Shown here one piece after another: positions 25,440 to 37,179 of a DNA stretch of 64,000 nucleotides; the first letter of the stretch is position 1, and the number at the start of each line of letters is the position of its first letter. The notes below the pieces were generated by a model. The model had not been told where the DNA came from, made no database searches, and saw only the letters and a program-made list of their open reading frames with translations. The position numbers were made by a program, and so were the translations under genes. The stretch lies in contig NC_090377.1 in NCBI RefSeq assembly GCF_036365525.1, forward strand, positions 108,334,407 to 108,398,406, in the 5' to 3' direction. The stretch is from Heterodontus francisci. Its lineage: Eukaryota.

Positions 25440-26311
25440 GTAAGTGGCACTAAATCCAATTGATTTCTTTTTGTCTCTTCCCTCATAATAAATGTCATTA
25501 ACATGAATTTCTTTTGTTGAGTTTGCAAGGATTTTACTGTGAGAAATCTGCCGAGAGGTAGAAAATAATAATTTGGAGCATTTTAGGTCAGTGTTGTTTA
25601 GAGCAATGATCTATCCATATCTACTAATAACTAATGTATGAATGAATTTTCTGTCCAACTAAATTATTTCCTGTTGTCACATGTTTTTCTTATGCTTTTA
25701 TGTGAATTAGTAGCCTTGAAATTCCCTTTATAAACATTATAATAGGATCTCCCAATGTAAACACCTGACCTGCTGTAATGTTGCAGGTTGACTCCAGAAG
25801 GTAGTAATGACAGGCTCTGGTCACTAGATGCTGCTGAAGAGCAATTCTCAATTTGTTGAAGTCCCCTCTCCGCCATCACAACAAAAGCAAAATACTGCAG
25901 ATACTGGAAATCTGAAATAAAAATGAAATACTGCAAAACCTACTGCTCAACAATGGTTCTTACATGGACCATGACAAGTTCCCACCTCCCCCAACCCACC
26001 TTCCTCCACTACTCAAAATTCTTCCTCAGCCATGTGGAGACATCCTTAACCATGTGACTGGGTAGGAAACATAAGTTGGGAACCTCCTGATATCCCACAG
26101 TGCCAACTGCAGAATCTACTTCTGTTTTAGTCTCACCCCAGTGGAACAAATCCATGGCTGTTAATATGACACGACTGCTCAAGACAAAGCCCCCAATCAA
26201 AATATATGATTCGGATTGCAGTGGAAGCAACGCACTGTCAATTCAGTCCCATCACTCCACAGATCACCTAACATATCACTTTAAACTTTCTAACTTAAAG
26301 AAAGCCGCAGC

Positions 26312-26985
26312 TGTATTGACCCCCGAATTAGGCAAACTAAACCAGGTATCTTTAGATCAACAAATTAACTGTTTATTGGAGAAAACTAAATTCTTAAACA
26401 CTACTAAGATATAAACAACATTTAAAAAATAGAAAAATATAGAATCCTTCCAGATTTACATTTCTCAATGATCAATCCTCTGATTCAAAGTCCGATCTTC
26501 CAGGGTACAATGAGGAAAGGCAAACAGTCCAACACCCAAAGTTTCAAACTCCTCTTTCTTCCAGCGATGACCAGAGCAGATCAACAACTCACAACCGCTT
26601 TCAAAAGAATCAATCTGGCTTTAGAATTTTGAGGGATAAACAGTTTAAATTCTTCCTTCTGTTCAAATTAACAGAGATTTCTGTTCAGTTCATACTGGCC
26701 CAGCTGTGTCTGTCTATTAGAACAGTCTGTCTCAATAAAAAGCCAGTTCAAAAGTCAATCACAGCATTGTATCTCGATTCTCATTTTCTGAATGGCTGTA
26801 TCCAAGGCGACCAAGATGCACCTTTTGCTGCTGACTGGTCCTCCCTCTCTGCATGGTTGTATCCATCGGCAACCAAGATGCACCTTCTCGGTAACTCCTG
26901 AGGCTTGCTTGTTCTTAAAGCAGTTCTGATCCTTTGCTGTCTTAAAAACGCACTGCATATTTCCCCCCCAAAAAGTATTGTGACA
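26312..26985 (-). mobile_element. Possible solo LTR
   Basis: TG...CA ends (tgtatt...tgtgaca) and TTTATT near the left end. No convincing TSD. Confidence 0.3.
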
Positions 26986-27439
26986 CTGTCAATAGTGGAT
27001 ACAGATGAAGTTCAGTGAGGTATACTTGAAGTGGCTGGGAATTTGGATCCTCCGTTTCTTGTTCTCCTTTTTAAGCATGTGGGGGTTGACTTTCTTAAAT
27101 AGACTTCCTGTTGTCTACAACAACAACAACTTGGAGTTAAACAGCACCTTTAACATAGCAAAATCTCACAAAGGCACTGCAGGGATGTGCCTGCAGATCA
27201 CGTTACCTGTTGAAATGTCTTCAGTTTACTGTTGAAATCATTGTAATTGTCGAAGTCCAGTGATGTAAAAATGGCAAGGAATTGCTTTGTTCTATCAACT
27301 GGAGTAGCCATCATAGACATCAAAAATGGGAGGGAAATAGACTATAATGGAGGGAAATTAAATCCTGACCATGAAGCATACCTGCAAGAAGGTAAAGCTG
27401 GTAATGCAGTAGAACTGCTTGTCTTTACAAATCAGGGGG

Positions 27440-28085
27440 ACGATTGTAGTTAAGGAAGAGGAGTGTGAAATATTGGATAAGATAAACATAGGGAGAGAGG
27501 AAGTATTAAGGGGATTAGCATCCGTGAAAGTGGATAAATTACCAAGGCCAGATGAAATGTTCCTCAGGCTGTTAAATGAATCCAGGGAGGAAATAGCAGA
27601 TGCTCTGACTATCATTTTCCAATCCTTACTGAATGCAGGTTGGTGCTGGAGGATTGGAGGACTGCTAGCATTGTATCTTTGTTTAAAAAGGGACTGAGGA
27701 ATAGACCAAATAACTACAGGCCAGTCAGTCTAGCCTTGGTAGTGGGCAAATTATTGGAATCAATTCTGAGAGACAGGATAAACTGTCACTTAAAAAGGCA
27801 TGAATTAATCAAGGACAGTCAGCATGGATTCGTTAAGGGAAGATCGTGTCTGACCAAGTTGATTGAATTTTTTGAGGAGCTTAAAAGGAAGATTGATGAG
27901 GGTAGTGCAATTGATGTGGTCTACATGGATTTTAGCAAGGCTTTTGATAAGGTTCCACATGGCAGGCTGGTTACAAAAATAAAAGCCTATGGGATTCGGG
28001 GGACTGTAGCAAGCTGGATGCAAAATTATCACAGTGGCAGGAAACAAAGGGTAATGGTTGATGGATAATTTTGTGACTGGAACAC
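27440..28085 (+). mobile_element. CR1 RT fragment
   Basis: NYRPVSL, QHGFVKGRSCLT and DFSKAFDKVPH. Confidence 0.9.
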
Positions 28086-28839
28086 CTAGTTCCTGTGCCA
28101 TGATTTTTAAGTTGTGCTTTTTATGTCAACATTTAATATTTCAGATGGACATTAGTCTGCGAACATTCCACTTTAAACTGCAGCTGCCTGTCAGGATTTA
28201 ATTGCAAGCTCAGTCCACTATATGGCAATATATTGAAACCTGTCAGTTTCTCAACTCTTGTCTCCCAATTCCCAATCGAAATTAATTTTTGCATGTTTTA
28301 TGTGTTTCTCTCCATCTTTTGGGTACTTCAAATCCAATTTATGGGGAATTTCACCCATTGAATAGTGTGTCTGGAAAGCCCTTTCTCATTTGCTGTTATG
28401 GCTATCCATTTATGGTTTAGTGCTGACTAAATCTGAGATTTCCCTGATTACATAATGGATTGCCTCAAGCTGCTCACCTCAGGGGTCACACACCCCACAT
28501 CTAACCAATCACCCCTAACCCTATGGTGACCCCAACTCCTGCTACTGCTGACTTCACCATGCCCTGATGCCTCAACCCATCTTTTTGATGACTAAGTTTC
28601 TACTGAAGCTAAAGCCCACAGTTTAGAAATTTCAGTTAGACTATTAAACTGCCAAAAACAACACAAGCATTTCTGTGGTGGCCAATTATTTGTTGCTTCA
28701 TATTGTTTGATCTGTGCCCAATTGGAACTGGTCACCACTGTCTAAACTCATCTGATTTTGGACACTGACCGATGTTGAAGAGCAGAAAAGTGTTCCACAG
28801 ACAATCAAAAGCTTGACCCAAAGAACTTTTCATGCTCTG

Positions 28840-29160
28840 ATGACATCTCAAAGTCCTTTACAATTAATAAGTTATTCTTGAAGTGTAGTCACTGATATTT
28901 TAGGCAAAAGAAGCAGCTAGCAAATGAAATCTCACCAGTTCGTCTGTTTATGTAGTGATGGTTGAGGGATGTATGATGGATAAGACTTCAGGAGAACTGC
29001 CTTCCTTGCTTTGTAAAAGTGCCACGGGATCTTTTGCATCCACCTGAGCGAGGAGACAGAGCTTTAGCATAACATCTCATGCAAAAGATGGCAGCTCTGA
29101 CATTGGAACACTTCCTCAGTGCATCACTGAATAATTAGCCTGATTATGTGCTGGAGTGGA
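28840..29160 (-). mobile_element. Deu-domain SINE (SacSINE1/AmnSINE-like), diverged
   Basis: gtgccacgggatcttttgcatccacctgag...aacatctcatgcaaaagatggca...cttcctcagtgca is the reverse complement of the Deu domain as recalled. Confidence 0.7.
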
Positions 29161-29399
29161 ACACCTTGTGTGCAGCCTGATCTGGCCGGCATCCTTCCAT
29201 AAAATCTCCTTCTTCATCCTTACATCTTAGGTAGAGATATTCCTATTGGGAAATGGCATTCCCAATCATCGGGAGGCAATACTTTTTTTAAAGAATATTT
29301 GGCAGAAAGATCTGAGGAAACCTAAGTGCCATTGAAACAAAAATAAAATTGGTAACAGCCTAAAAATGACCTGAAAACAGTTTTCCTCGGCTTTCTGTG

Positions 29400-30045
29400 C
29401 CCATTCGATGAAGTCCCTCATAAGAGACTGTTAGCTAAAGATGAAACCTATAGATTTGAGGGCAAATTACTGGCCTGGTTAAGAAATTGTCTGAGTGGCA
29501 GGAGACAGAAAGTAGGGATAATGGTGGGTACTCTAATCAGCAGCATGTATTGAGTGGTGTCAGCATTGAGCCCCCAACTAATCACCGTACTTAATAACAA
29601 CTTAGATGATGGCATAGAAAGCCAGCTATCCAAACTTGACAATGACACAAAGATAGGCAGCATTATAAACAGTGGAGATGGAAGTAAAAATTATAAAGAT
29701 ATATAGATAGTTGCAATGAATGGACAAAATTGTGGCAAATGGATTTCAATGTAGTGTGAGGTCAACTCTTTTTGACCAATACCAGACAGATCAGAATACT
29801 TTCTAAATGGTGAAATGTTAGAAACAGTGGAGGTTCAAAGAGACTGAGGGGTCCAGGCCCATAAAACATTACAATGTCATGGAGAGGCTAAGGGAATGCT
29901 GGCCTTTATATCTGGAGGGGTAGAAGTCATGCCTCAGCTATACAAAGCACTGGTTAGATTGCACCTGCAGTACTGTGAGTAGTTCTGTTCACCACACCTG
30001 AGGAGGGATAAATTGGCATTGGAGGGAGTGCAAGATAGATGCTCC
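29400..30045 (+). mobile_element. Old CR1 RT fragment
   Basis: Degenerate DKVPH, KFADDTK and YCVQFWSP-like segments. Confidence 0.75.
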
Positions 30046-30359
30046 TGATTGGAGCTTCCATCTCCATTGACTGTAAGAGACAAAATGCCAAATTCATGGA
30101 CAGAGTTTCAGTACCATTCCTACCTTACTGTGTTAATGGCCTTTCCCATATCAGTCTAAACTAAGTTCCTTTAAAACTCTTGATGACAATAACTTGCATT
30201 GATTATAACACCTTTAACATAGAAAATTGACTGAAGGAACTTCACAGATGCATGAGGAAAATGGATGATGAACTGAAAAGGAGGTATTGCAAGTGGTCAA
30301 CAAAAACCCTACTAACCAGTGGGGTTTTAAAGAAGACAGGGAAATGGAGAGGCAGTGCA

Positions 30360-30690
30360 ATTCAGGGAGGGAATTCCAGAGAGTGGGATCTGAGTAACTG
30401 AAGGAACTGCTGCCAGTGATTGGTAAAGATGAGAGGCAATTCCAGTTTACAGCTGACAAATAGCTATCAGGATTCTGGACAATTTTTGAGCTTGATACCA
30501 GGATGGGATGTTATTGCTACATACTGAAACATCCGGTGACATAAAAGTGACCAATAAGTTCCATTTCTCTGAGTTCATTTATTTAATTTGAAAATTCACC
30601 ATTGCTTTATTCCATTTTGGTTCATCATAACTAATTTACAAGGTTACTAAAATAAATTAGAACTTAGATTGTATTGATTATTGATTACAA
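30360..30690 (+). repeat. Intronic copy of the gene's upstream region 24520-24880
   Basis: Collinear similarity including a 47-nt exact match (24748-24794 = 30555-30601). Confidence 0.9.
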
Positions 30691-30699
30691 TAATACAAG

Positions 30700-31570
30700 T
30701 AAGAACCAGACTGAATATAGAAGGTTCAGAGGGGAAAAACAAATAAAAGAAACAAAGACAGCGTATGTTTAGAGACCAGCAGCTAACGTTAAAGGGAATA
30801 CAAAAGTCTTCTATAGACATATATATAGTAAATGTGTGGTAAAAGGCAGGATGGAGCTGATAAGGGACATAGAAGAGGATTTGCTCATGGAGGCAAAGGG
30901 CATGGCTGAGGTACTAAATCAAAACTTTGCATCTGTCTTGACCAAGGAAGAAGATGCTGCCCGACTGAGGAGGTAGTTGAGATACTGGATGGGCTCAAAA
31001 TTGATATAGAGGTGACATAAGGGCTGGCTGTACTTAAAGTTGATAAGACACCAGGACCAGATGAGATGCATCCAAGGAAAGTGAGGGAAGTAAGGATGGA
31101 AATTGTGCAGGCATTGGCCATAATCTTCCAATCCTCCTTAGATACAGGGGTGGTGCCAGAGGACTGGAAAATTGCAAATGTTACACCCTTGTTCCAGTAA
31201 GACTGTAAGGATGAGCCCAGCAACTGCAGGCCAGTGAATTTAATTTCAGTGGATTAATTAACAAAAGTCAGCATGGATTTGTTAAAGGTAAATCATGTTT
31301 AACTAATTTGATTGAGTTTTTTGATGAGGTGACAGGTTTGATAGGGATAAGGCTGTTGATGTGGTACACATGAACTTGTAGATGGCATTTGATAAAGTGC
31401 CACAGAACAGGCTTGTCAGCAAAGTTAGAGCCCATGGAATAAAAGGGACAGTAGCAACATGGATACAAAATTGGCTGAGTGGCAGAAATCAGAGAGTAGC
31501 GGTGATTGGTTGTTTTTTGGACTGTAGGAAGTTATGTAGTGGGGTTCCCCAGGGGTCAGTGTTCGGACAA
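30700..31570 (+). mobile_element. CR1 fragment
   Basis: KTPGPDEMHP, AFDKVPQ and GVPQGSV. Confidence 0.85.
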
Positions 31571-31572
31571 TA

Positions 31573-31726
31573 ACATAAAAGCAAAATACTGCAGATGCTG
31601 GAAATGTGAAATAAAAACAAAAAGTGCTGGAAAATACTCAGCAGATCTGGCAGCATCTGTGGAGAGAGAAGCAAAGTTAACATTTCGGGTCAGTGACCTT
31701 TCATCAGAATTGGCAAAGGTTAGAAA
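31573..31726 (-). mobile_element. Penelope-like terminal fragment carrying a minimal hammerhead-ribozyme motif
   Basis: Same family as 25880-25945 and 35312-35650. The minus strand reads CTGATGA-aaggtcactgaccc-GAAA-tgtta. Confidence 0.65.
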
Positions 31727-32975
31727 TAGAGTCATAGAGTTATACAGCACAGAAACAGGCCTATTGGCTCATCGTGTCTGTGCTGGCCATCAAGGACTTA
31801 TCTATTCTAATCCCATTTTCCAGCACTTGGCCCATAGCCTTGTATGCTATGGCATTTAAAGTGGTCATCTAAATACTTCTTAAATCTTGTGAAGGTTCCT
31901 GCCTCTACCACTCCTTCAGGCAGTGTGTTCCAGATTCCAACCACCCTCTGGGTGAAATATTTATCCTCAAGTCCCCTCTAAACCTCCTGCCCTTACCTTA
32001 AATCGATGCCCCTGGTTATTGAGCCCTCCGCTAAAGGAAAAAGTTTCTTCCTATCTATCCTATCAATGTCCCTCATAATTTTGTATACCTCAATCACGTC
32101 CCCCCTCAGCCTTCTCTGCTCCAAGGAAAACAACCATAGCCTATCCAGTGTCTCTTCATAACTGAAATGCTCCAGCCCAAGCAACATCCTGGTGAATCTC
32201 CTCTGCATCCTCTCCACTGCAATCACATCCTTCCTATGGTGTGGCGACCAGAACTGTACACAGTACTCCAGCTGTGGCCTAATTAGCATTTTATACAGCT
32301 CCATCATAACCTCCCGGCTCTTATACTCTATGCCTCGGCCAATAAAGGAAAGTATCCCGAATGCCTTCCTAACCACCTTATCTACCTGTGCTGCTGCCTT
32401 CAGTGATCTATGGACAAGCACCCCAAGGTCCCTCTGACCCTCTGTACTCCCTAGGGGTCTACCATCCATTGTATATTCCATTGCCTTGTTAGTCCTCCCA
32501 AAGTGCATCACCTCACACTTCGCAGGATTACACTCCATTTGCCACTGCTCCACCCATCTCACCAGCCCATTTATATCATTCTGTAATCTAAGGCTTTCCT
32601 CCTCACTGTGCACGACAATACCAATTTTCATGTCGTCTGCGAACCTACTGATCATACCTCCTATATTCACGTCTAAATCATTAATGTACACTACAAACAG
32701 TAAGGGTCCCAGCACCGATCCTTGCGGTACACGACTGTTCACAGGCTTCCAATCGCAAAAACAACTCTCGACCATCACCCTCTGCCTCCTGCCCTAAGCC
32801 AATTTTGAATCCAATTTGCCAAATTACCCTGGATCCCATGTACTTTTACTTTCTTAACCAATTTCCCATGTGGGACCTTATCAAAAACCTTACTGAAGTC
32901 CATATAGACCACATCGACTGCACTACCCTCATCCACACCTCGAGTCACCTCCTCGAAAAATTCAATCAAATTTGT
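31727..32975 (-). mobile_element. CR1 LINE, 5'-truncated
   Basis: 261-aa ORF with VPQGSVLGP and RFADD; atagagtcatagag tail. Confidence 0.92.
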
Positions 32976-33344
32976 TCGACACGGGGGTGGGGAGGGGGGC
33001 GAAGTGGGAATGGGCACGAATGTCTGGAAATGCCATTGGGGGAGGGTGGGTGGAGGTGGGGGGGTTGGGAAAATGTATTTAATGGTCATTTAATTCAATT
33101 TTGTTGAAATTTAACTTACCTGGCCCTTTAATTTTTAATGTCCATTGAGACTTGTAAGCCTATTAAAAATGGTGCCAGTACCTGCACATTGGCGCCGGAC
33201 GCTATTGCTGGTGACAGCTCACCCGCCCCCCTCCACATCATCGCGGGGGCCGGGTGCCACGGCCATGCAAATGAACCACCGCGTTTGAAATCGCAGTGGC
33301 TCCATGAGGCGGTGCCCGTGCAGGTGGGCATAATTTCTTCAGCC

Positions 33345-33690
33345 TGAGGGGTCTGGACAGAGTAGAGAAAAATTGTTTCTGTTGGTGGAAGAATCACGAA
33401 CCAGAGGACACCGATTTAAGGTGATTGGCAAAAGAACCAAAGGCGACATGAGGAAAACATTTTTACACAGCAAATGGTTAGGGTCTGGAATGCACGACCT
33501 GAGAGTGTAGTTGAGGCAGATTCAATCATGGCTTTCAAAAGGGAATGGATAAGTGCCTGAAGGGATATAATTTATAAGGCTATGAGGGCATCGACAGGGA
33601 GGTGGGACAAGCTAAATTGTTCCTGCAGAAAGCCAGAATGACTTCAATGGGCTGAATGGCCTCCTTCTATGCTGTGACCATTTTGATTCT
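33345..33690 (+). mobile_element. CR1 3' fragment, preceded by a GC-rich MITE-like fragment at 32980-33345
   Basis: Typical CR1 3' end ...gggctgaatggcctccttc... Confidence 0.75.
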
Positions 33691-34283
33691 ACATTACTGT
33701 GGATCTGGAGTCACATGCAGGCTAGACTGGGTAAGGACAGCAAATTGTCTTCATAAAAGGACACAAATGACCCAGATGGACTTTTACAACAATCCAGTAT
33801 TTTCATGGTCACCATGACTGATACTCGCTTTTTCCTTCCACATTCATTTAACTAAATAACTTAATTTCCCCATACTCTATGGTGAAATTTGTACCCATAT
33901 CACTTGATTGTTAGTTCAGGCCCCTAGATTACTAGTCCAGTAACATGACCACTATATTACTGCATTCCTTCAGGTCCAGCACCAGCAAAGATCAACTCGT
34001 GTTACTGTTCATGTGAATATCTTAATAAATCACCAATGAATCAGTCTGCTCAGTGTAGAACTTACACAAACCAAATAATCACCACAATAACTTTGTACAT
34101 ACTTCTACTAACTGATCACAATACAACAATTTAAATTTGGATAGCACCTTTAACAAAGTAAAATCTCCCAAAGTGTTTCACAGGAGTGTAATAATGTACA
34201 GGAAACTAAGAAGATTTCTGTCTGGCACTATATCATTATTTATAAGTATTATCTCAAACACCCTTCATTTTTCCGTTGGTTAG

Positions 34284-34406
34284 GTTACTAATTTAGGAGA
34301 ACGTCAGTTCCGGGTGAATTTAATTATTGATGTCCAGGAAACTATGTGTCGCAAAGATTCTGGAATCGATCCGGCAAATTGTACACTGCTAACTAGCCCA
34401 GATGCT
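34284..34406 (+). CDS. SPP2: SPP2-like gene exon 3 (cystatin domain, first disulfide)
   Basis: ttggttag|...|gtgagt, 123 nt, phase 0-0: [41 protein letters not shown]. ETxCRKDSGxDPAxC matches spp24 ETTCRKDSGEDPATC. Confidence 0.9.
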
Positions 34407-34461
34407 GTGAGTATTACAATGATTACTGTTTGCTTCTCTGTTATAATGAATCCTTTCTGAA

Positions 34462-35045
34462 ATTATACAAGGCTTTGGTGAGACCACATCTGGAATATTG
34501 TGTGCAGTTTTGGTCCCCTTAGCTGAGGAAGCATGTTCTTGCCATGGAGGGAGAGCAGTGAAGGTTCACCAGACTGATTCCTGGGACTGATGTATGAAGA
34601 GAGATTGGGTTCGATTAGGCTTGTATTCGCTAGAGTTTAGAAGAATGAGAGGGGATCTCATAGAAACCTACAAAATACTAACAGGACTGGACAGACCAGA
34701 TGCAGGAAGGGTGTTTCTGATGGCGGGGGATTCCAGAACCAGGGGTCACAGTCTAAGGACAAGGGGTAAGCCGATTAGGACTGAGATGAGGAGAGATTTC
34801 TTCACCCAGAGAGTGGTGAACCTGTGGAATTCTCTACCACAGAAAGCAGTTGAGGCCAAATCATTGAATATATTCAAGAAAGAGTTAGATATAGTTCTTC
34901 GGGCTAATGGGATCAAGGGATACGGGGAGAAAGTGGGAACAGGTTACAGAGTTTGGATGATCAGCCATGATGGTATTGAATGACAGTGCAAGCTCGAAGG
35001 GCTGAATGGCCTACTCCTGCTCCTATTTTCTTTGTTTCTATGTTT
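34462..35045 (+). mobile_element. CR1 3' fragment 55 nt downstream of exon 3
   Basis: RLGLYSLEFRRMRGDLIETYKI...FFTQRVVNLWNSLP plus tail. Confidence 0.9.
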
Positions 35046-35311
35046 CCACTGAAAGCTTTATTGTGACAGTAAAATGGCACAATGAGTTACCAAGGAACAT
35101 TTGAAGTTTAGTCCTCTGTCGGCTGATATTTCTCACTGGTTCCCATACTGCAGAAATCAATAAAGCACCCATCTATGTCTCAGCATTAGAAGGATAGTTT
35201 TGCATGGCTATACTGTCAGCATGGAACAAGCTTGGATCAGTGACAGGGCAGTTATACAATAAACTATAACACTGGTTTTGATGCAGTAGGCCTCGCCAGT
35301 GACTATCTTCC

Positions 35312-35655
35312 ATTGTAATAAAAGCAAAATACTGCGGATGCTGGAAATCTGAAATAAAAACAAGAAATGCTGGAACCGCTCAGCAGGTCTGGCAGCATCT
35401 GTGGAAAGAGAAGCAGAGTTAACGTTTCGGGTCAGTGACCCTTCTTCGGAACTAGCAAATATTAGAAATGTCAAAGGTTATAAGCAAGTGAGCCGGGGGT
35501 GGAACAAGAGATAACAAAGGAGAACGTGTAGATTGGCCAAGGCCACATAGCTGACCAAGAGGTCATGGAGCAAAGGCAAACAATATGTTAATGGTGTGTT
35601 GAAAGACAAAGCATTAGTACAAATAGGGTGTTAATGGACTGAATATTGAACATTC
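35312..35655 (-). mobile_element. Penelope-like terminal fragment with a hammerhead-like motif
   Basis: The minus strand reads CCGAAGA-agggtcactgaccc-GAAAC-GTTA at about 35413-35455. Confidence 0.65.
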
Positions 35656-35709
35656 CCAACTAGCTTTGTATCGTGAGCAAAGTCACAGTCACAGTCTCTT
35701 CATCTAAGT

Positions 35710-36330
35710 CACCAACATCCTCGGGGGTTACCATTGACCAGAAACTTAACTGCACAGCTGCATAAATACTATGGCTACAAGAGAAGGTCAGAGGCTGGGA
35801 ACTCTGCAACGTGTGACTCACCCCCTGATTTCCCAAAGCCTTTCCATCATCCACTAGGCATAAATCAGAAGTGTGATGCAATACTCTCCACTTGCCTGGA
35901 TGAGTGCAGCTGCAACAAAACTCAAGAAGCTTGACACCATCCAAGATAAAGGAGCTCGCTTGATTGGTACCCTGTCCACCACCTCAAATGTTCACTTTCT
36001 CCACCGTGACTGCAGTTTATACCTTCTACAAGATGCACTGCTGCAACTTGCCAAGGCTTCTGCAACAGCAAATTAACCCATGACCTTTACCACCTAGAAG
36101 GACAAGGACAGCAGACACATGGGAACACCACCACCTGCAAGTTCCCGTTCAAATCATTCACTATCCTGACTTTGAAATATATAGTCGCTCCTTCACTGTC
36201 GCTGGGTAAAAATCCTGGAACTCTCTCCCTAACATCACTGTGGCTGTACCTGTACCACAGGGACACCAGCAGTTCAAGAAGGCGGCTCACTGCCACCTTC
36301 TCAAGGGCAATTAGGGATGGGCAATAAATC
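35710..36330 (+). mobile_element. Non-LTR LINE 3' fragment (CR1/L2-superfamily lineage distinct from the dominant CR1)
   Basis: ILGVTIDQKL and QYSPLAWMSAAATKLKKLDTIQDK. The tail continues at about 37122-37166. Confidence 0.75.
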
Positions 36331-36344
36331 ATAGAACCATTTGG

Positions 36345-37068
36345 TAGAAGGTTATCGGAAGGGTAATGTTCCGACTTCGGGAACATACGTGTGTCCCATG
36401 ATTGCATGGGCGGGCAGCCCGACCACACTGGCAATTTTCCTGGAGGTGACCTCTTAATTGGCTGCTGCTGGACCCGCTATCCCATTAAGGATGGTGGGTA
36501 GGATGATGATGCTGCTCGTCCAATCAGAGGGCTGACAGCTCTGGAGTCTCAGTGGTGCCAATGGTAGAGCTAGGCACTGCTGAGGCAGACCGGAGAACAT
36601 GGGAAGGCCTCAACATGGAGGCACCCTTGAGAAGGCAATTTAAATTAAAAATATTAGGTGGCCAAGGGTGGTAGGACCCACTGATCAGAGGGTCCACTGG
36701 GACGGACATGTTTGGGTCCACCAGGACGGTCTTCCCTGGCAGCTGCCTCTCTTCAGGACATGGAGCCTCTGGCTCCAATGCTCATCAGAAGGCACTGAAA
36801 GGCTGCCTCCAAGCAACGGGTGACCTCCTCACGTGGCGGCATGGCCACTCCACCAGTGGCCCGGGGGGAGGCACTTAATTGAGCCTTTAAATATTCAAAT
36901 AGTCTGCCTGCCGCCATTGGGCGGGCAGCGGTTCCGGCATGCAGCTGCCGCTGGAAAACATTCCCAGCAGCATGACTGCATCAGGGAGCTATCCCGATGT
37001 CGCACCCTGGAATTTTACCAGCCTAGCTGCCTCCCAGCTCATAACCCCGCGGCCAGTAAATTCCCGGC
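36345..37068. mobile_element. Harbinger-type MITE (diverged)
   Basis: GC-rich, with right end gtaaattcccggcc similar to the other MITE TIRs. The interior resembles 519-1272 and 15181-15895. Confidence 0.55.
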
Positions 37069-37179
37069 CATAGAATCGTAGAATGGTTACAGCACAGAAA
37101 GAGGCCATTCGGCCCTTCGTGTCCAGCATTGTCAGCGGCACTCACATCCCATGAATGAGTAAAAAACGTTTTAAGAAAA

